NCBI GenBank assembly: GCA_038231275.1
Contig: JBBRLQ010000012.1
Coordinates: 1 to 64,000 of the forward strand
Reading direction: 5' to 3'
From: Polyangiales bacterium
GTDB lineage: Bacteria; Myxococcota_A; Polyangia; Polyangiales; Polyangiaceae
DNA length: 64,000 nt
The position numbers were made by a program, and so were the translations under genes. Shown here piece by piece: positions 19,944 through 27,948 of the stretch. Below the pieces are notes generated by a model that saw only the letters and a program-made list of their open reading frames with translations, was not told the DNA's origin and made no database searches. Within the stretch, counting starts at the first letter, position 1; each line of letters opens with the position of its first letter.

Positions 19944-20291
19944 GTGGCGGACGATCCGCCGGAGTGCCTCGCGTGCGGGACCTGTTGCTTCTCCCGGCTC
20001 GAGACCTACGTGCCGGTGACCGGCGACGATCACGCGCGCCTGGGGGACCGCGCGGCGGATCTCGTCGTGTTTCACGGCAACCGCGCGTTCATGCGGATGA
20101 CGGGGGAGCACTGCGCGGCGCTGCGCGTGGACGCGGCGCGCGCGGAGTACGTGTGCAGCGTGTACGAAGTTCGTCCAGAGACGTGCCGGGCCCTCGCGCG
20201 TGGCTCGGCGGAGTGCCGCGGCGAGCTCGCGAGCAAGCGTGACCGGCCCGTCGAGGCGCTGATCCGCGCGCGGCCAAGCGCGGGAGCGTGA
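19944..20291 (+). CDS. YkgJ family cysteine-cluster protein
   Basis: CLACGTCC, CAAL, CSVYEVRPETCR, C. Confidence 0.85.
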   Translation: MADDPPECLACGTCCFSRLETYVPVTGDDHARLGDRAADLVVFHGNRAFMRMTGEHCAALRVDAARAEYVCSVYEVRPETCRALARGSAECRGELASKRDRPVEALIRARPSAGA

Positions 20292-20414
20292 CGTCGGGAC
20301 AGGAGTGCGCCGGCGCGGCGAAGGTCATGGGGCGCGGTGTCTCGTCGCGATCGGGCTTATTTTCCCGCATTGCGTGAAGAAACGCGCGGTACGGAAACTG
20401 CTGAGGAGCACGTC

Positions 20415-20813
20415 ATGCGGAACGCTCTCCTTGCCTGGCTCGTCGCGGCGTCGTGCGGGTGTAGCCCGTACGCGACGCTCTCCTTTCCAAACGTCCCGAG
20501 CCCGGTCCTCCTCGGTCCGGTCGAACGCGTTGGCGGCGCGACGGCCTCGGCGCCGCCCGTAGCCGCGCCGGCGGTGGCGCGCCTCGACGTCGAGATCGAG
20601 CGAAAGGTGGTCGCTACCCGGGCGAGCCGGAGGGCCAAGCTCGACGACCCGCGCAAGGCCTCGTTCGCGGCCCTCTCCGTCACCGACGCGCAAAAGGGCG
20701 CCGACGTGCACGTCGACGAGATCGCCGCGGGCTCGTACTTTTTCTTCGGGCTCGCCGTGGCGGTGCGCGACGACTGGGTCACCGTCAAGGGCGACGTCCG
20801 GAGGGCGCCGTGA
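20415..20813 (+). CDS. Putative lipoprotein
   Basis: GAGGAG RBS; signal ending ASCGC; stop overlaps the next start. Confidence 0.6.
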   Translation: MRNALLAWLVAASCGCSPYATLSFPNVPSPVLLGPVERVGGATASAPPVAAPAVARLDVEIERKVVATRASRRAKLDDPRKASFAALSVTDAQKGADVHVDEIAAGSYFFFGLAVAVRDDWVTVKGDVRRAP

Positions 20814-21265
20814 GGTCCGCGGCGTCGTTCGTGGCGCTGGTCGCGCTCGCGAGCGTCGGTTGCGCGGGAGCCCGGACCGAGGTCGTCGCTCCGCGCGCGG
20901 CGGTGCCCATCTCGCTGTCCCACGCCGTCCGCGCCGCAGACGGTTCGCTCGTGCCGGCCGCCGATCGCGAAATCGTGGGAACGTTCCACGACGAACGCAT
21001 GGCGTGGGGAATGTTCTACTCGGCGGTAAAGCTAACGCCGGAGAAGGACATCTCCGACGAGGTCAACGCGCAGGTCGCGCGCGTCGGCGGAGACGCGATC
21101 GTCACGTTGCGTATAGAGGCCCACGCGTGCGCGGCGACCTACTTCGCCGTCCTGAACGCGCTTCCGATGTGGCCGGGCTGCACGAAGATCACGATCGATG
21201 GCGACATCATCCGTGTTCGCCGCCACGACGTCGCGAGCACCGTCGCCACCGCGGAGGCGCCGTGA
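20810..21265 (+). CDS. Putative lipoprotein
   Basis: Lipobox SVGC; GGDAIV motif; GTGA overlaps at both ends. Confidence 0.65.
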   Translation: MRSAASFVALVALASVGCAGARTEVVAPRAAVPISLSHAVRAADGSLVPAADREIVGTFHDERMAWGMFYSAVKLTPEKDISDEVNAQVARVGGDAIVTLRIEAHACAATYFAVLNALPMWPGCTKITIDGDIIRVRRHDVASTVATAEAP

Positions 21266-21525
21266 CCCGGGCCGTCACCATGGTGCTCCTCCTCGGCGGA
21301 TGCGCGAGCGCGCCGACGACGCCGCCCATTACCGTTCCGCACGGTGTCCTCACCGACGAAGCGAGCGAGCGCCTTCACGCACGCTGCGAGGTGCGCGGCG
21401 TGCGAATGGTCGCGCGAGAGGACGTCGATCGCGCCGCCGCCTCCGCCGACGCGACGTTCACCGAGATCGTGTACCAGCCGAGCCCCGCCCACGTCGGCGT
21501 GGTGCTCTTCCGTTGCCCTCGATGA
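21262..21525 (+). CDS. Small putative lipoprotein
   Basis: GTG start overlapping the previous stop; lipobox LGGC; two further Cys. Confidence 0.5.
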   Translation: MTRAVTMVLLLGGCASAPTTPPITVPHGVLTDEASERLHARCEVRGVRMVAREDVDRAAASADATFTEIVYQPSPAHVGVVLFRCPR

Positions 21526-21574
21526 TCCCTCGCTTTGCGGCAGGAGCGTTTCGCTCCGCTGCGCGTCGCTCCAC

Positions 21575-22057
21575 TCAACGCGCAGCGTGCGTCCACGTGC
21601 CGCGAATGGTGATCTCGCCGCGCAGCGAGCTCGCGATGTCGCAGCGTTCGTGCGACTTGTGGTGGAGCGCGGCGACGACGGCATCGCTCGGCGGCTTGTC
21701 GCCGGAGAAGCGCACGTTGGGGCGCAGCTCGATGCGCGCGATGCCCGGCTTGCCGTCGCCCATGTCGGCGAGGTCGCCCACCGCCGCGTCCTCGTACGCG
21801 TCGACGACGTAGCCCTCCGCCGCCGCGAACGACAGAAACCAGAGCATGTGGCAGCTCGAGGCAGCCGCGACGAGCGCCTCTTCGGGATCGACGTTCGCCG
21901 GCTCGGAGTACGGCGGGCGCACGGCGTGCGGCGAGGCCGACGCGGCGACGACTGCGCCCCCGTCGAATCTCCACGTGTGCGCCCGACGATAGCGCCCGTT
22001 CGTGAACGGCTGGTCCTGACGAGCCCACGTCACGGCGGCGGTGTGCTGAGAGGTCAT
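21575..22057 (-). CDS. OsmC/Ohr family protein
   Basis: DPEEALVAAASSCHMLWFL and HERCDIASS. Confidence 0.9.
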   Translation of the reverse strand: MTSQHTAAVTWARQDQPFTNGRYRRAHTWRFDGGAVVAASASPHAVRPPYSEPANVDPEEALVAAASSCHMLWFLSFAAAEGYVVDAYEDAAVGDLADMGDGKPGIARIELRPNVRFSGDKPPSDAVVAALHHKSHERCDIASSLRGEITIRGTWTHAAR

Positions 22058-22130
22058 GTCGTCCGCTTGTATCCGAGTCTCCAAGAGACGCAAGCGCCCG
22101 CCCGACCATCACGCGTGTAGGCTGCGCCTC

Positions 22131-23009
22131 ATGAAGCAAGCCACCCGCCCGAACCCGCCCACGCGCGCCATCGGGCTCGAGCGTCAGCCCTTCCAGGACC
22201 TCTACCACTCCGTCCTCACCAGCTCGTGGAGCGCCTACTTCGGTGGTTTCGCCCTCGCGTTCCTCGTCGCCAACGCGATCTTCGCCGCGCTCTACACCAT
22301 CGTGCCGGGGTGCATCGCCAACGCCGAGCCCGGATCGTTTTACGACGCATTCTTTTTCAGCGTGCAGACCATGGCGACCATCGGGTACGGCGCCATGTCG
22401 CCGGCGACGCCGTACGGGCACATCGTCGTCACGCTCGAGGCGCTGGTCGGCATGCTCGGCGTCGCGATCGTGACCGGCCTCACCTTCGCAAAGTTCTCAC
22501 GCCCGACCTCGCGCGTGATCTTCAGCGAGAAGATCGTCCTCGCTCCGCGCAACGGCGTCATGCACCTGATGTTCCGGATGGGCAACGCGCGCCGGAACAT
22601 GGTGCTGGAGGCGCATCTGCGCGTCATCCTCCTGGTCGAGGACATCAGCGACGAGGGCCTCGTGATGCGCGTCCCGCTCGATCTGTCGCTCGTGCGAGAT
22701 CGCACCCCGATGTTCGCCCTCTCATGGACGGCGATGCACAAGATCGACGCCACTAGCCCCTTCTTCGGGGACGACGCGATGGCGAAGCTCCGCGCGAAGA
22801 AGGCCGAGATCTACCTCTCGCTGATGGGCTTCGACGAGACCTTCGCCCAGTCGATCCATGCGCGGTTCCGCTACCGCCTCGAGGACATCGTCCGCGCGGC
22901 GCGCTTCGTGGACGTCCTCACGATCGCCGAGGACGGAATGCGAACCCTCGACTACCGCAAGTTTCACGACGTGGTGCCGCACGAAGGCGGCGATCGTCAG
23001 CCGTCCTGA
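22131..23009 (+). CDS. Inward-rectifier potassium channel (KirBac)
   Basis: FFFSVQTMATIGYG selectivity filter, two TM helices, FAKFSRP, cytoplasmic Kir domain (LMFRMGN.R, SWT.MH.ID..SP). Confidence 0.95.
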   Translation: MKQATRPNPPTRAIGLERQPFQDLYHSVLTSSWSAYFGGFALAFLVANAIFAALYTIVPGCIANAEPGSFYDAFFFSVQTMATIGYGAMSPATPYGHIVVTLEALVGMLGVAIVTGLTFAKFSRPTSRVIFSEKIVLAPRNGVMHLMFRMGNARRNMVLEAHLRVILLVEDISDEGLVMRVPLDLSLVRDRTPMFALSWTAMHKIDATSPFFGDDAMAKLRAKKAEIYLSLMGFDETFAQSIHARFRYRLEDIVRAARFVDVLTIAEDGMRTLDYRKFHDVVPHEGGDRQPS

Positions 23010-23317
23010 CGCTTCTGATGATCGCGCAGCACGCGCGACGCGTGCTTGAAGGCGCAGTCCACCGCGGCGTAGGCGTCGACGTTCTTCTCGCTGGCGGCGT
23101 CGGCGACGACGAGCTCCGCGCCCGGCACCCTCATGTCCAGGCGCACGCGGTAGAGGCCTCCGTGGCGGTGGTGCGGGCTCGGCGCCTCGATGGCGACCTT
23201 GCAGCCCAAGATGCCGCGATGGAACAACGTCAGCTTCGACGCGTGCTCACGAACCCGTTCGCTCAGCGCCTCCGAAGGAGGCATTCCCCGGTACGTGACC
23301 TGGAGCGGGACTTCCAT
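22997..23317 (-). CDS. HPF/RaiA family ribosome-associated protein
   Basis: PLQVTYRGMPPSEAL, C.V.IEAP..HH, DAYAAVD.AF. Confidence 0.85.
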   Translation of the reverse strand: MEVPLQVTYRGMPPSEALSERVREHASKLTLFHRGILGCKVAIEAPSPHHRHGGLYRVRLDMRVPGAELVVADAASEKNVDAYAAVDCAFKHASRVLRDHQKRQDG

Positions 23318-23342
23318 TTCGATTCACCTCGTCGAGGGGTGT

Positions 23343-23359
23343 CGCATATGGCATGCCGA
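23343..23359 (-). promoter_or_regulatory. Possible sigma-54 (-24/-12) promoter of the HPF/RaiA gene
   Basis: Minus strand reads CGGCATGCCATATGC (GG-N10-GC) about 27 nt upstream of the ATG. Imperfect consensus. Confidence 0.35.
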
Positions 23360-23397
23360 GCGAGATCCTTCGAGAAACGTCGCCGTGGCGCGGGATC

Positions 23398-24846
23398 TCA
23401 AGCGCAACGTCTGCGCGTGCTCGCAACGATTGCCGGCTCACGGTCGCCGGCCCCGCGCGCGCGCTTGCCGACGATCTCGAGCGCGGCGACGCGGTATCCC
23501 TCGGCGAGCGTCGGGAAGTTGAACGTGTTCTCGACGAAGACGTCGACCTCGAGCCCGCCCAGCATCGCCATTTGCCCGGTGTGGACGAGCTCGGCCGCCC
23601 CCTCACCGACGATGTGGACGCCCACGATCTTCCGCCCGGCCGGATCGGACACGAGCTTCAGGAGCCCATCCTTGGTGCCGGCGATCTGCCCGCGCGTCAG
23701 CTCGTCGAAGCGCGCGCGACCGATGATCGCGTTGCCATAGCGGAGCTTGGCTTGGTTCTCGGTGAGGCCGACCTGCGAGATCTCGGGGATCGTGTAGATG
23801 CCGAGCGGCGTGAAGTCTCCGACGTTGCCTGCAGGCATTCCGAGCGCGTGGCAGATGGCGCGGCGCCCCTGCTCCATCGCGGTGGAGGCGAGCGAAGGCG
23901 GACCGATGACGTCGCCGACGGCGTAGATGCCGGGGACTACGGTGGCGCAGGTGTCGTCGACGGGCACGACTCCGGCGTCGTTCACCGCGAGGCCGGCGGA
24001 GGCGAGGTGGAGGTCCTCGACGTTGGCGACGCGGCCGAGCGCGCACAGGACCTTCTCGCTCTCGAGGACGTTGCCGTCCTTCAGCGTGGTGACCACCGTG
24101 CAGAGCCCGTCGTACGCGACCTCGCCCGCGACGGTGCTGCCCATGAAGACGCCACCGATGCGCTCGAAGGCCTCGACGAAGCGCATCGAGATCTCGGGAT
24201 CGAGGAACGCGAGCGGTCGCTCTGCGCGATCGATCATCGTGACCTTGACGCCGAGCGCCGCGAAGATGGAGGCGTACTCGCTGGCGATGACGCCGCCGCC
24301 GAGGACGACGAGCGACTTCGGCAGGTAGCGCATCGAGAGCACGGAGTCGCTGTCGAGGATGTGCTCGTGATCGATCGGGATGCCCGCCGGGCTGCGCGGG
24401 CGCGATCCGGTGGCGATCACGATCAGCGGAGCCTCCGCGTGGCGCACGTCGCGGTGCACCGCCTGGACCTCGACCTCGGTGGGGGACCGAAAGCGCGCCT
24501 TGCCTCGCCAGCGCTCGATGCCGTTGCGCGTGAGCTGGTCCTCGATGAAGCGCTCGTGCGCGACCACGACCTCGTCCATGCGCGAGAGCAGGCTCGCCAC
24601 CTGCACGGATTCGGGCAGGTCGATGTCGATGACGTGGCCGCTGCGGCGGCGGAACGACGTGAGCGCGAGCGCGGTCTCACGAAGCGTCTTGCTCGGGACG
24701 GTTCCACGGTGCACGCATGCGCCGCCGACGCTCATCTCCTGCTCGACGACCAGCACGCGCTTGCCGACCTTCGCCGCGCAGATGGCCGCCTTTTGCCCGG
24801 CAGGGCCCGAGCCAACGACGATCATGTCCCACTTGCTGGCGCTCAT
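23398..24846 (-). CDS. sthA: Soluble pyridine nucleotide transhydrogenase
   Basis: GSGPAG, GGACVHRGTVPSKTLRE (no second redox Cys), GGGVIASEY, FNFPTLAE.Y. Confidence 0.92.
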   Translation of the reverse strand: MSASKWDMIVVGSGPAGQKAAICAAKVGKRVLVVEQEMSVGGACVHRGTVPSKTLRETALALTSFRRRSGHVIDIDLPESVQVASLLSRMDEVVVAHERFIEDQLTRNGIERWRGKARFRSPTEVEVQAVHRDVRHAEAPLIVIATGSRPRSPAGIPIDHEHILDSDSVLSMRYLPKSLVVLGGGVIASEYASIFAALGVKVTMIDRAERPLAFLDPEISMRFVEAFERIGGVFMGSTVAGEVAYDGLCTVVTTLKDGNVLESEKVLCALGRVANVEDLHLASAGLAVNDAGVVPVDDTCATVVPGIYAVGDVIGPPSLASTAMEQGRRAICHALGMPAGNVGDFTPLGIYTIPEISQVGLTENQAKLRYGNAIIGRARFDELTRGQIAGTKDGLLKLVSDPAGRKIVGVHIVGEGAAELVHTGQMAMLGGLEVDVFVENTFNFPTLAEGYRVAALEIVGKRARGAGDREPAIVASTRRRCA

Positions 24847-25715
24847 CGCATCTCCTCCACCTGGGCAGAGATCTTCTCGGCGATCCCGAGGAGCCGCTCG
24901 ACATCTTGGGGATAGAGGTTCAGCGCCGCGACCGCGGGGTGCATCTCGATGTCTACGCTCGTCTCGCCATCGAGGCGATGCGCCAGATCGTCGGCGAGGC
25001 GGACGGTGAGCGCTCCTTCGCGGTTCGAGGGCGCCGCGGCGGGGTTGTGGTGATGGGCGATCGCCTCGCCGAGCCGGCCGGACAAGCCCCACTGCCGCGA
25101 CATCTCGCCGCCGACGTAGGCGTGGAGCACGGAGACGGCGTCGTCGATCTCCTCTTCGGAGAACGGCGTGGTCGTGGTGAGGTCCATTACGGACTGCAGG
25201 AGCACCGGCCGCCCCACGTCGTGGAGGAGTCCCGCGAGGAAGCTCTCCTCGACGTTCGACCTTCGCATCCGCGCGATCTCCTGCGCGTACAGCGCCGTCG
25301 CCAGCGAGTGGGCGAAGAGCTTCCGCAGTTGCTCCTCACGCCCCTGCACGCGAAAGACGCGATTCTGGCAGGAGATGACGAAGGCGAACTGACGTACGAG
25401 CTTCATCCCCAAGCGGCTCATCGCCTGCTGGAGCGACGCGACCTGCACGATCGCGCGATGCGTCGCCGAGTTGGCCATCCGCAGCATGTGGCCGGCCATC
25501 GCCTGATCGCGGCGGACGATCTCCGCGAGCTTGCGGATGTCGCACTCGTCGTCGCTCGTCAGCGCGACGACCTCGGCGGCAACCGCCGGGAGGATCGGGA
25601 GATCGAGGTAGCCGGCTTCGATGAGCTCTTCGAGGCGGTCACGCAAGCTGCGCCCATCGTCGGGGGGCGGCATCGTGCTTGGCGTCGAATCGTGATGGAT
25701 GTCGAGCGAGGCCAT
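24843..25715 (-). CDS. HDOD domain protein
   Basis: LPILP, D.AMAGHMLRMANS, AGLLHDVG, AIAHHH. Confidence 0.9.
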   Translation of the reverse strand: MASLDIHHDSTPSTMPPPDDGRSLRDRLEELIEAGYLDLPILPAVAAEVVALTSDDECDIRKLAEIVRRDQAMAGHMLRMANSATHRAIVQVASLQQAMSRLGMKLVRQFAFVISCQNRVFRVQGREEQLRKLFAHSLATALYAQEIARMRRSNVEESFLAGLLHDVGRPVLLQSVMDLTTTTPFSEEEIDDAVSVLHAYVGGEMSRQWGLSGRLGEAIAHHHNPAAAPSNREGALTVRLADDLAHRLDGETSVDIEMHPAVAALNLYPQDVERLLGIAEKISAQVEEMR

Positions 25716-25745
25716 ATCGGTGTGAACGGGTCTTCCTTCGGAGAG

Positions 25746-26975
25746 TTAAGGAGCAGTGTCCAGGGCGAGCGCGACGTCCATGCGCCACCCGTCGATCGGG
25801 CCGGCGAGGCCGAGCGCGAACTCGCGGCGGGGGTCCATTCGCGCGGCGCCGGCGGCGCGCTCGTGGGCGATCGCGTCGGCGACGTGAACGAGGGTGGCGA
25901 GCTGCGGGCGCGTGGGGAAATAGGGACCGGGCTCGTGGTGATCGGCGACCGCCTCCACGATCGTGCGCGGTAGCCCCCAAAGCCCCAACAGGTGTGCGCC
26001 GAGCTCGGCGTGGGTGGTGCCCCAGCGCTCCTTCTCGACGACGTGCGGCGGGACCCCGCGCTCTGCCGCAGCGTCGAGGACGTCGAAGTGCATCTCCGGC
26101 GTCATCGCGGCCACGAGCAGGACGCCCACGTCGTGGAGGAGACCCACCGTGAACGCCTCATTGGCGAGCTCCTTGCCCGCAATGATCTGTGCGATGCGGC
26201 CGACGACGAGCGAGTGGTCGTGCTGCGTCTCCGTCGCGAGGCGAGCTCCGGCGGGCAGGTCCTTGAAGGCGCGGAGAACGTCGCCGCCGAGGACGAGATT
26301 CTTCACCATCTCCTGCCCGAGCAGCGCGATCGCCTGCGAGACCCGGCTCACGCCGCGCCGAACGCCGAAGAGCGGCGAGTTCACCACGCGCAGAACGTGC
26401 GCCGTCATCGCCGCGTCGCGCTCCAGGATCGCGGAGACCGTCGCGACAGAGACATCGGGATCTCGCGTCGCCTCCGTCAGGGCGAGGTAGGTCGTAGGCG
26501 GCGACGGAAGGCGCATCGTGCCGGCGACCAGGGCCTTCATCGTCGGGTGAAGCGACGCGACGGAGAGCCGCACGCCCGCCTCGATCGCGTGCTCGAGCAT
26601 CGCGCGCTCGCACGGCTTGACGAGGACGCGATGTGCGCTGGCGGTCGATCTCACGGTCGCCGCGGCGTCCATTTCACCGCCGAGGACGATGCGGCCAGTG
26701 AGCGGGCGGCGGCGGCGGATCTCGGCCAACAGCTGCGCGCCGTCCATTCCCGGCATCGCCAGATCGCTGACGACCACGTCATGTGGCGCCTGCGCGAACT
26801 CGGCGAGCGCGCGCTCGGCGCCAAGTGCGAAGGACATTTCCCACCTGCCCTCGTTCGGGCGGAGGCCTTCGCGCAACCCATCGAGAACGTGAGGTTCGTC
26901 GTCCACGAAGAGGACCCTCGGCAGCACTGCGCCCGTCGGTGATTCGGGCGCCTGGCGGGTCGTAGCTTTCGTCAT
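25746..26975 (-). CDS. Response regulator receiver + HDOD domain protein
   Basis: VLFVDDE, SDLAMPGMDG, KP; then LPSPP, VLRVVNSPLFG, GLLHDVG, HAELGA. Confidence 0.9.
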   Translation of the reverse strand: MTKATTRQAPESPTGAVLPRVLFVDDEPHVLDGLREGLRPNEGRWEMSFALGAERALAEFAQAPHDVVVSDLAMPGMDGAQLLAEIRRRRPLTGRIVLGGEMDAAATVRSTASAHRVLVKPCERAMLEHAIEAGVRLSVASLHPTMKALVAGTMRLPSPPTTYLALTEATRDPDVSVATVSAILERDAAMTAHVLRVVNSPLFGVRRGVSRVSQAIALLGQEMVKNLVLGGDVLRAFKDLPAGARLATETQHDHSLVVGRIAQIIAGKELANEAFTVGLLHDVGVLLVAAMTPEMHFDVLDAAAERGVPPHVVEKERWGTTHAELGAHLLGLWGLPRTIVEAVADHHEPGPYFPTRPQLATLVHVADAIAHERAAGAARMDPRREFALGLAGPIDGWRMDVALALDTAP

Positions 26976-27078
26976 GTGTCGCACGCGCCGTCTCTGCGGC
27001 CACTCTCTCGTGTCGCGCCACGAACGACGAAACGGCCGAAAACTTGAGCGCGCGCGCCGTTGAGGCAGACTTGTAATC

Positions 27079-27942
27079 GTGGAGAAGCAGTCGTGGTCTC
27101 CGGTCTTCCTGGTGTCCTTGCTCTTGTTGGCGGAGTGCGCGCCCGTCCGTCGTGACGGCCCGCCGCCGGATCTTCCGACGCCCGACGCGCCAGTCGCGCG
27201 CGCGTCATCGGACTCCGTCGCGCGCGATCCGCCGGCCGCGGCGCCCGCGATGAGCTTCGTGCTCGACGCGCCCGCCGAGAACGCGGACGCCCCTTGTCCC
27301 GCCGAGATGGTCCTCGTCGACGGCATGTATTGTCCGAACGTGAAGCAAACGTGCGCGCGCTGGGTCGATCCTCCCACGAGCCCCTATCCGTTCACGCGGT
27401 GCGCGGAGTGGAAGAATCCGGCCGTCTGCGAGGGGGCCCGCGAGCACCGCCGCTACTGCATCGACCGCGAAGAGTTCGTGCGGGCGCCCGACGCGCTGCC
27501 CCTCGTGCACGCGTCGTGGACCGACGCAGAGGCCGCGTGCAGCGGCAAGGGCGCGCGCATGTGCAGCGAGGCCGAGTGGCAGTTCGCGTGCGAGGGCGAG
27601 GAGATGCTCCCCTACCCTTACGGTTTCACGCGCGACGCGACGGCGTGCAACTTCGACCGCACCGATCTCGGCAAGCCCAACGAGGGGCTGACCGATCACC
27701 GCACGCCACCCGACGCGTTCCCCCGCTGCCTCAGCCCGTTCGGCGTCCACGACATGGTCGGCAACGTCGACGAATGGACGCTCCGTGAAGGGATGAGCGC
27801 TCCAAACCGCTCTGCGCTGCACGGCGGCTGGTGGCTTCCGGGCCGCAACAACTGCCGCCAAGCGACCCTCGCGCACGCGGAGAGCTACATGGGACCGCAA
27901 GTCGGCTTCCGGTGCTGCCGCGACGCCGCCGTCTCCGACTGA
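27079..27942 (+). CDS. FGE-sulfatase (SUMF1/EgtB/PvdO) domain exported protein
   Basis: CPAEMV, YCIDR.E, RMCSEAEWQFACEG, SPFGVHDMVGNVDEW, GFRCC. Confidence 0.88.
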   Translation: MEKQSWSPVFLVSLLLLAECAPVRRDGPPPDLPTPDAPVARASSDSVARDPPAAAPAMSFVLDAPAENADAPCPAEMVLVDGMYCPNVKQTCARWVDPPTSPYPFTRCAEWKNPAVCEGAREHRRYCIDREEFVRAPDALPLVHASWTDAEAACSGKGARMCSEAEWQFACEGEEMLPYPYGFTRDATACNFDRTDLGKPNEGLTDHRTPPDAFPRCLSPFGVHDMVGNVDEWTLREGMSAPNRSALHGGWWLPGRNNCRQATLAHAESYMGPQVGFRCCRDAAVSD

Positions 27943-27948
27943 CACGAT

